This document shows, one piece after another, positions 1 through 5,000 of a stretch of 5,000 nucleotides of DNA. Origin of the DNA: Eledone cirrhosa (lineage: Eukaryota). Location of the stretch: assembly GCA_964016885.1 (NCBI GenBank), contig CAXHJY010000327.1:1-5000 (forward strand). The letters are read 5' to 3'. Both the position numbers and the translations under genes were made by a program. The stretch's first letter is position 1; each line of letters begins with the position of its first letter. The notes under the pieces are model-generated. The model searched no databases, was not told the origin of the DNA, and saw only the letters and a list, made by a program, of their open reading frames with translations.

Positions 1-829
1 TCTCTTTCACTCTTTCCCTCCATCTCTCGTTCTCTCACTCTCTCTCTTTTTCCCTCCATCTCTCGTTCTCTCTCTCTTTCTCTCTTTCCCTCCATCTTTC
101 GTTCTCTCTCTCTTTCTCTCTTTCCCTCCATCTCTCATTCTCTCACTCTTTCTCTCTTTTCCTCCATCTCTGGTTCTCTCACTCTTTCTCTCTTTCCCTC
201 CATCTTTCGTTCTCTCTCTCTTTCTCTCTTTCCCTCCATCTTTCGTTCTCTCACTCTTTCTCTCTCTCTTTCCCTCCATCTTTCGTTCTCTCACTCTTTC
301 TCTCTCTTTCCCTCCATTTTTCGTTCTCTCAGTCTTTCTCTCTCTCCCTCCATCTCACGTTCTCTCACTCTTTCTCTCTTTCCCTCCATCTCTCGTTCTC
401 TCACTCTTTCTCTCTTTACCTCCATCTCTCGTTCTCTCACTCTTTCTCTTTTTCCCTCCATCTCTCGTTCTCTCACTCTTTCTCTCTCTTCCTCCATCTC
501 ACGTTCTCTCACTCTTTCTCTCTTTCCCTCCATCTCTCGTTCTCTCACTCCATCTCTCTTTCCATCCTTCTCTCGTTCTCTAACTCTTTCTTTCTCTCCC
601 TCCATCTCTCGTTCTCGCTCTCTCTTTCCCTCCATCTCTCGTTCTCACACTCTTTCTCTCTCTCCCTCAATCTCTCGTTCTCTAGCTCTTTCTCTCTTTC
701 CCTCCATCTGTCGTTCTCTCTCTCTCTTTCTCTCTTTCCCTACATCTCTTGTTCTCTCTCTCTTTTTCTCTCTCCCTCCATCTCTCGTTCTCTCACTCTT
801 TCTCTCTCTCCCTCCATCTCTCGTTCTCT
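1..829. repeat. Dispersed higher-order block, copy 1 (about 23 monomers; left boundary uncertain, may extend beyond the window)
   Basis: Shares ordered rare variants with 3785-4649 at offset 3784 (137/3921, 171/3955, 331/4115, 418/4202, 561/4345, 617/4401), then at offset 3820 (CCCTCAATC, CTAGC, CTGTCG, CTACATC: 661/4481, 741/4561). Confidence 0.92.
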
Positions 830-1646
830 CTCTCTTTCTCTCTTTCCCTCCATCTCTCGTTCTCTCACTCTTTTTCTCTCTCCCTCCATCTTTCGTTCTC
901 TCACACTTTCTCTCTTTCCCTCCATCTCTCGTTCTCTCTTTCTTTCTCCCTTTCCCTCCATCTCTCGTTCTCTCTCTCTTTCTCTCTTTCCCTCCATATC
1001 TCGTTCTCTCACTCTTTCTCTCTTTCCCGCCATCTCTCGTTCTCTCACTCTTTCTCTCACTCCCTCCATCTCTCGTTCTCTCACTCTTTCTCTCTTTCCC
1101 TCCATCTCTCGTTCTCTCTACCTTTCTCTCTTTCCCTCCAACTCTCGTTCTCTCACTCTTTCTCTCTCCCCCTCCATCTCTCGTTCTCTCACTCTTTCTC
1201 TCTTTCCATCCATCTCTCGTTCTCTCTACCTTTCTCTCTTTCCCTCCATCTCTCGTTCTCTCTCTCTTTCTCTCTTTCCCTCCATCTCTCGTTCTCTCAC
1301 TCTTTCTCTCTTTCCCTCCATGTTTCGTTCTCTTACTCTTTCTCTCTCTTTCCCCCCATCTTTCGTTCTCTCTCTCTTTCTGTCTTTCCCTCCATCTCTC
1401 GTTCTCTCACTCTTTCTCTCTTTCCTTCCAGCTCTCGTTCTCTCATTCTTTCTCTCCATCTCTCTTTGTCTCACTCTTTCTCTCTCTCCCTCCATCTCTC
1501 GTTCTCTCTCTTTCCCCCATCTTTCGTTCTCACTCTCTTTCTGTCTTTCCCTCCATCTCTCGTTCTCTCACTCTTTCTCTCTTTCCCTCCATCTCTCGTT
1601 CTCTCACTCTTTCTCTCTTTCCCTCCATCTCTCGTTCTCTCACTCT

Positions 1647-1882
1647 TTCTCTCTTTCCCTCCATCTCTCGTTCTCTCTCCCTTTATCTCTTTCCCTCCAT
1701 CTCTCGTTCTCTCTCTCTTGCTCTCTTTCCCTCCATCTCTCGTTCTCTCACTCTTTCTCTCTTTCCCTCCATCTCTCGTTCTCTCTCCCTTTCTCTCTTT
1801 CCCTCCATCTCTCGTTCTCTCTCCCTTTATCTCTTTCCCTCCATCTCTCGTTCTCTCTCTCTTGCTCTCTTTCCCTCCATCT
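1647..1882. repeat. Local duplication of a variant monomer pair at 144-bp (4-monomer) offset
   Basis: CCCTTTATC (A at 1685 and 1829) is followed by CTCTTGCTC (G at 1720 and 1864). Both offsets are 144. Confidence 0.8.
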
Positions 1883-2063
1883 TTCGTTCTCACACTCTTT
1901 CTCTCTCTTTCCCTCCATCTTTCGTTCTCTCACTCTTTCTCTCTCTCCCTCCATCTTTCGTTCTCTCACTCTTTCTCTCTTTCCCTCCATCTCTCGTTCT
2001 CTCTCTCTTTCTCTCTTTCCCTCCATCTCTCTTTCTCTCTCTCTTTCTCTCTTTCCCTCCATA

Positions 2064-3433
2064 TCTCGTTCTCTCACTCTTTCTCTCTTTCCCTCCATCT
2101 CTCGTTCTCTCACTCTTTCTCTCCTTCCCTCCATCTCTCGTTCTCTCACTCTTTCTCTATTTCCCTCCATCTCTCGTTCTCTCTCCCTTTCTCTCTTTCC
2201 CTCCATCTCTCGTTTTCTCACTCTTTCTCTCTTTCCCTCCATCTCTCGTTCTCTCACTCTCTCTCTCTCTTTCCCTCGATCTCTCGTTCTCTCTCACTTT
2301 CTCTCTTTCCTTCCATCTCTCGTTCTCTCCCTCTTTCTCTCTTTCCCTCCATCTCTCGTTCTCTCACTCTTTCTCTCTTTCCCTCCATCTATCGTTCTCT
2401 CTCTTTCTCTTTCCCACCATCTCTCGTTCTCTCACTCTTTCTCTCTTTCCCTCCATCTCTCGTTCTCTCTCTCTTTTTCTCTTTCCCTCCATCTCTCATT
2501 CTCTCACTCGATCTCTCTCTCCCTCCATCTCTGGTTCTTTCACTTCCTCTTTCCCCCATCTTTCGTTCTCTCTCTCTTTCTCTCTTTCCCTCCATCTCTC
2601 GTTCTCTCACTCTTTCTCTCTCTTTCCCTCTATCTCTCGTTCTCTCACTCTTTAGCTCTCTCCCTCCATCTCTCGTTCCCTCACTCTTTCTCTCTTTCCC
2701 TCCATCTTTCGTTCTCTCACTCTCTCTCTCTTTCCCTCCATCTCTCGTTCTCTCACTCTTTCTCTCTTTCCCTCCATCTCTCGTTCTCTCACTCTTTCTC
2801 TCCTTCCCTCCATCTCTCGTTCTCTCACTCTTTCTCTATTTCCCTCCATCTCTCGTTCTCTCTCCCTTTCTCTCTTTCCCTCCATCTCTCGTTTTCTCAC
2901 TCTTTCTCTCTTTCCCTCCATCTCTCGTTCTCTCACTCTCTCTCTCTCTTTCCCTCGATCTCTCGTTCTCTCTCACTTTCTCTCTTTCCTTCCATCTCTC
3001 GTTCTCTCCCTCTTTCTCTCTTTCCCTCCATCTCTCGTTCTCTCACTCTTTCTCTCTTTCCCTCCATCTATCGTTCTCTCTCTTTCTCTTTCCCACCATC
3101 TCTCGTTCTCTCACTCTTTCTCTCTTTCCCTCCATCTCTCGTTCTCTCTCTCTTTTTCTCTTTCCCTCCATCTCTCATTCTCTCACTCGATCTCTCTCTC
3201 CCTCCATCTCTGGTTCTTTCACTTCCTCTTTCCCCCATCTTTCGTTCTCTCTCTCTTTCTCTCTTTCCCTCCATCTCTCGTTCTCTCACTCTTTCTCTCT
3301 CTTTCCCTCTATCTCTCGTTCTCTCACTCTTTAGCTCTCTCCCTCCATCTCTCGTTCCCTCACTCTTTCTCTCTTTCCCTCCATCTTTCGTTCTCTCACT
3401 CTCTCTCTCTTTCCCTCCATCTCTCGTTCTCTC
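2064..3433. repeat. Higher-order tandem duplication: 2 x 679 bp (19 monomers), 2064-2742 and 2743-3421, with identity continuing to 3433
   Basis: Rare variants recur at a constant offset of 679: CTATT 2159/2838, CTCGAT 2278/2957, CTATCG 2391/3070, CCCACC 2416/3095, CTCATT 2498/3177, ACTCGAT 2510/3189, TTAGC 2654/3333. The first flanking mismatches are at 2063/2742 and 2755/3434. Confidence 0.95.
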
Positions 3434-3784
3434 TCTCTTTCTCTCTCCCTCCATCTCTCGTTCTCTCTCTCTTTCTCTCTCCCTCCATCTCTCGTTCTTT
3501 CACTTTCTCTTTCCCCCATCTTTCGTTCTCTCTCTCTTTCTCTCTTTCCCTCCATCTCTCGTTCACTCACTCTTTCTCTCTTTTTCTCCATCTCTAGTTC
3601 TCTCACTCTTTCTCTCTTTCCCTCCATCTTTCGTTCTCTCTCTCTTTCTCTCTTTCCCTCCATCTCTCGTTCTCTCACTCTTTCTCTCTTTCCCTCCATC
3701 TCTCGTTCTCTCACTCTTTCTCTCTTTCCCTCCATCTCTCGTTCTCTCACTCGATCTCTCTCTCCCTCCATCTCACGTTCTCTC

Positions 3785-4649
3785 ACTCTTTCTCTCTTTC
3801 CCTCCATCTCTCGTTCTCTCACTCTCTCTCTCTTTCCCTCCATCTCTCGTTCTCTCTCTCTTTCACTCTTTCCCTCCATCTTTCGTTCTCTCTCTCTTTC
3901 TCTCTTTCCCTCCATCTCTCATTCTCTCACTCTTTCTCTCTTTTCCTCCATCTCTGGTTCTCTCACTCTTTCTCTCTTTCCCTCCATCTTTTGTTCTCTC
4001 TCTCTTTCTCTCTTTCCCTCCATCTTTCGTTCTCTCACTCTTTCTCTCTCTCTTTCCCTCCATCTTTCGTTCTCTCACTCTTTCTCTCTCTTTCCCTCCA
4101 TTTTTCGTTCTCTCAGTCTTTCTCTCTCTCCCTCCATCTCACGTTCTCTCACTCTTTCTCTCTTTCCCTCCATCTCTCGTTCTCTCACTCTTTCTCTCTT
4201 TACCTCCATCTCTCGTTCTCTCACTCTTTCTCTTTTTCCCTGCATCTCTCGTTCTCTCACTCTTTCTCTCTCTTCCTCCATCTCACGTTCTCTCACTCTT
4301 TCTCTCTTTCCCTCCATCTCTCGTTCTCTCACTCTATCTCTCTTTCCATCCTTCTCTCGTTTTCTAGCTCTTTCTTTCTCTCCCTCCATCTCTCGTTCTC
4401 GCTCTCTCTTTCCCTCCATCTCTCGTTCTCTCACTCTTTCTCTCTCTCATTCCATCTCTCGTTCTCACACTCTTTCTCTCTCTCCCTCAATCTCTCGTTC
4501 TCTAGCTCTTTCTCTCTTTCCCTCCATCTGTCGTTCTCTCTCTCTCTTTCTCTCTTTCCCTACATCTCTTGTTCTCTCTCTCTTTTTCTCTCTCCCTCCA
4601 TCTCTCGTTCTCACACTCTTTCTCTCTCTCCCTCCATCTCTCGTTCTCT
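3785..4649. repeat. Dispersed higher-order block, copy 2, carrying one extra 36-bp monomer at about 4415-4450
   Basis: Same ordered markers as 1-829. The offset jumps from 3784 to 3820 (+36) across the monomer containing CTCATTCCATC. There are a few substitutions between the copies (e.g. CCCTGCATC at 4242, TTTTGTT at 3992). Confidence 0.92.
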
Positions 4650-5000
4650 ACCTCTTTCTCTCTTTCCCACCATCTCTCGTTCTCTCACTCTCTCTCTCTC
4701 TTTCCCTCCATCTTTCGTTCTCTCTCTCTTTCTCTCTTTCCCTCCATCTCTCGTTCTCTCACTCTCTCTCTCTTTCCCTCCATCTCTCGTTCTCTCACTC
4801 TTTATCTCTCTCCCTCCATCTCTCTTTCTCTCTCTCCCTCCATCTCTCGATCTCTCTTTCTCTCTTTCCCTCCATCTCTCGTTCTCTCGCTCTTTCTTTC
4901 TCTCCCTCCATCTCTCGTTCTCTCACTCTTTCTCTCTACCTCCATCTCTCGTTCTTTCACTTCCTCTTTCCCCCATCTTTCGTTCTCTCTCTCTTTCTCT

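Larger units (their letters stand above)
1..5000. repeat. 36-bp tandem repeat array (CT/GA-rich minisatellite/satellite), about 139 monomers, extending beyond both window edges
   Basis: The CCATC...CGTT anchor recurs every 36 bp (e.g. CAT at 1554, 1590, 1626, 1662; 2096, 2132, 2168, 2204, 2240). Consensus is TTTCCCTCCATCTCTCGTTCTCTCACTCTTTCTCTC. The 12-aa periodicity of all translated frames (MEGKRERVRERE, SLSLHLSFSHSF) confirms the 36-nt unit. There is no unique sequence and no inversion. Confidence 0.99.

Noticed and set aside
749-4367. Very long + strand ORFs (861 aa at 749-3334; 1015 aa at 1320-4367) rich in S/L/F/P/H
   Set aside because: The + strand consensus contains no TAA, TAG or TGA in any frame, so long ORFs are expected from composition alone. 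The translation drifts among the three repeat phases at each indel, showing no frame conservation, and the starts are chance variants.
7-4434. Multiple minus-strand ORFs encoding (MEGKRERVRERE)n or (RDGGKERKSERT)n charged repeats that resemble coiled-coil or RE-rich proteins
   Set aside because: Each monomer supplies an ATG, and two of three frames are stop-free. ORFs end whenever a non-triplet length variant shifts them into the TGA-containing frame. Frequent 38, 40, 32 and 31-bp units argue against coding selection. Only Ribo-seq or proteomics could rescue a repeat-peptide hypothesis.
1-4649. LTR-like pair (two ~830-bp direct repeats 3.8 kb apart)
   Set aside because: Both copies and the interior consist of the same satellite monomer. 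There are no TG...CA termini, primer-binding site, target-site duplication or gag/pol coding sequence.
1-5000. CRISPR array (36 bp is a typical direct-repeat length)
   Set aside because: Monomers are directly adjacent with no unique spacers, no palindromic repeat structure, and no leader or cas genes.
1-5000. G-quadruplex/i-motif or telomeric repeat
   Set aside because: There is only one GGG (within GGAGGG) per 36 bp on the minus strand, too widely spaced for a canonical G4, and no TTAGGG-like unit.
1-5000. Heat-shock elements (nGAAn) or hairpin/structured RNA
   Set aside because: All GAA units face the same direction, whereas HSEs need alternating inverted units. A near-pure pyrimidine or purine strand cannot form meaningful Watson-Crick stems.
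1-5000. Variant monomers as an information-bearing code or diversity-generating cassette system
   Set aside because: The variant patterns are adequately explained by point mutation, slippage and nested duplication. No recombinase, reverse transcriptase, expression site or recombination signal is present in the window.

Overview
The whole window is one uninterrupted, head-to-tail tandem array (minisatellite/satellite) of a 36-bp monomer, consensus TTTCCCTCCATCTCTCGTTCTCTCACTCTTTCTCTC. There are about 139 copies (5000/36), and the array runs off both edges. The + strand is about 90% pyrimidine, with only 3 purines per consensus monomer, and the monomer looks like a substituted (TC)18 microsatellite. 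Rare variant monomers reveal nested higher-order structure: an apparently perfect 679-bp (19-monomer) tandem duplication, a roughly 830-bp dispersed duplication at offset 3784/3820, and several smaller duplications. All listed ORFs are best explained as by-products of the repeat. I see no real gene, RNA gene, CRISPR array or mobile element, and I cannot support a claim of a novel biological system. What is interesting is the array's architecture, history and possible non-B-DNA properties. A eukaryotic source is likely (inference), but the organism cannot be determined. All alignments were done by eye using diagnostic variants.
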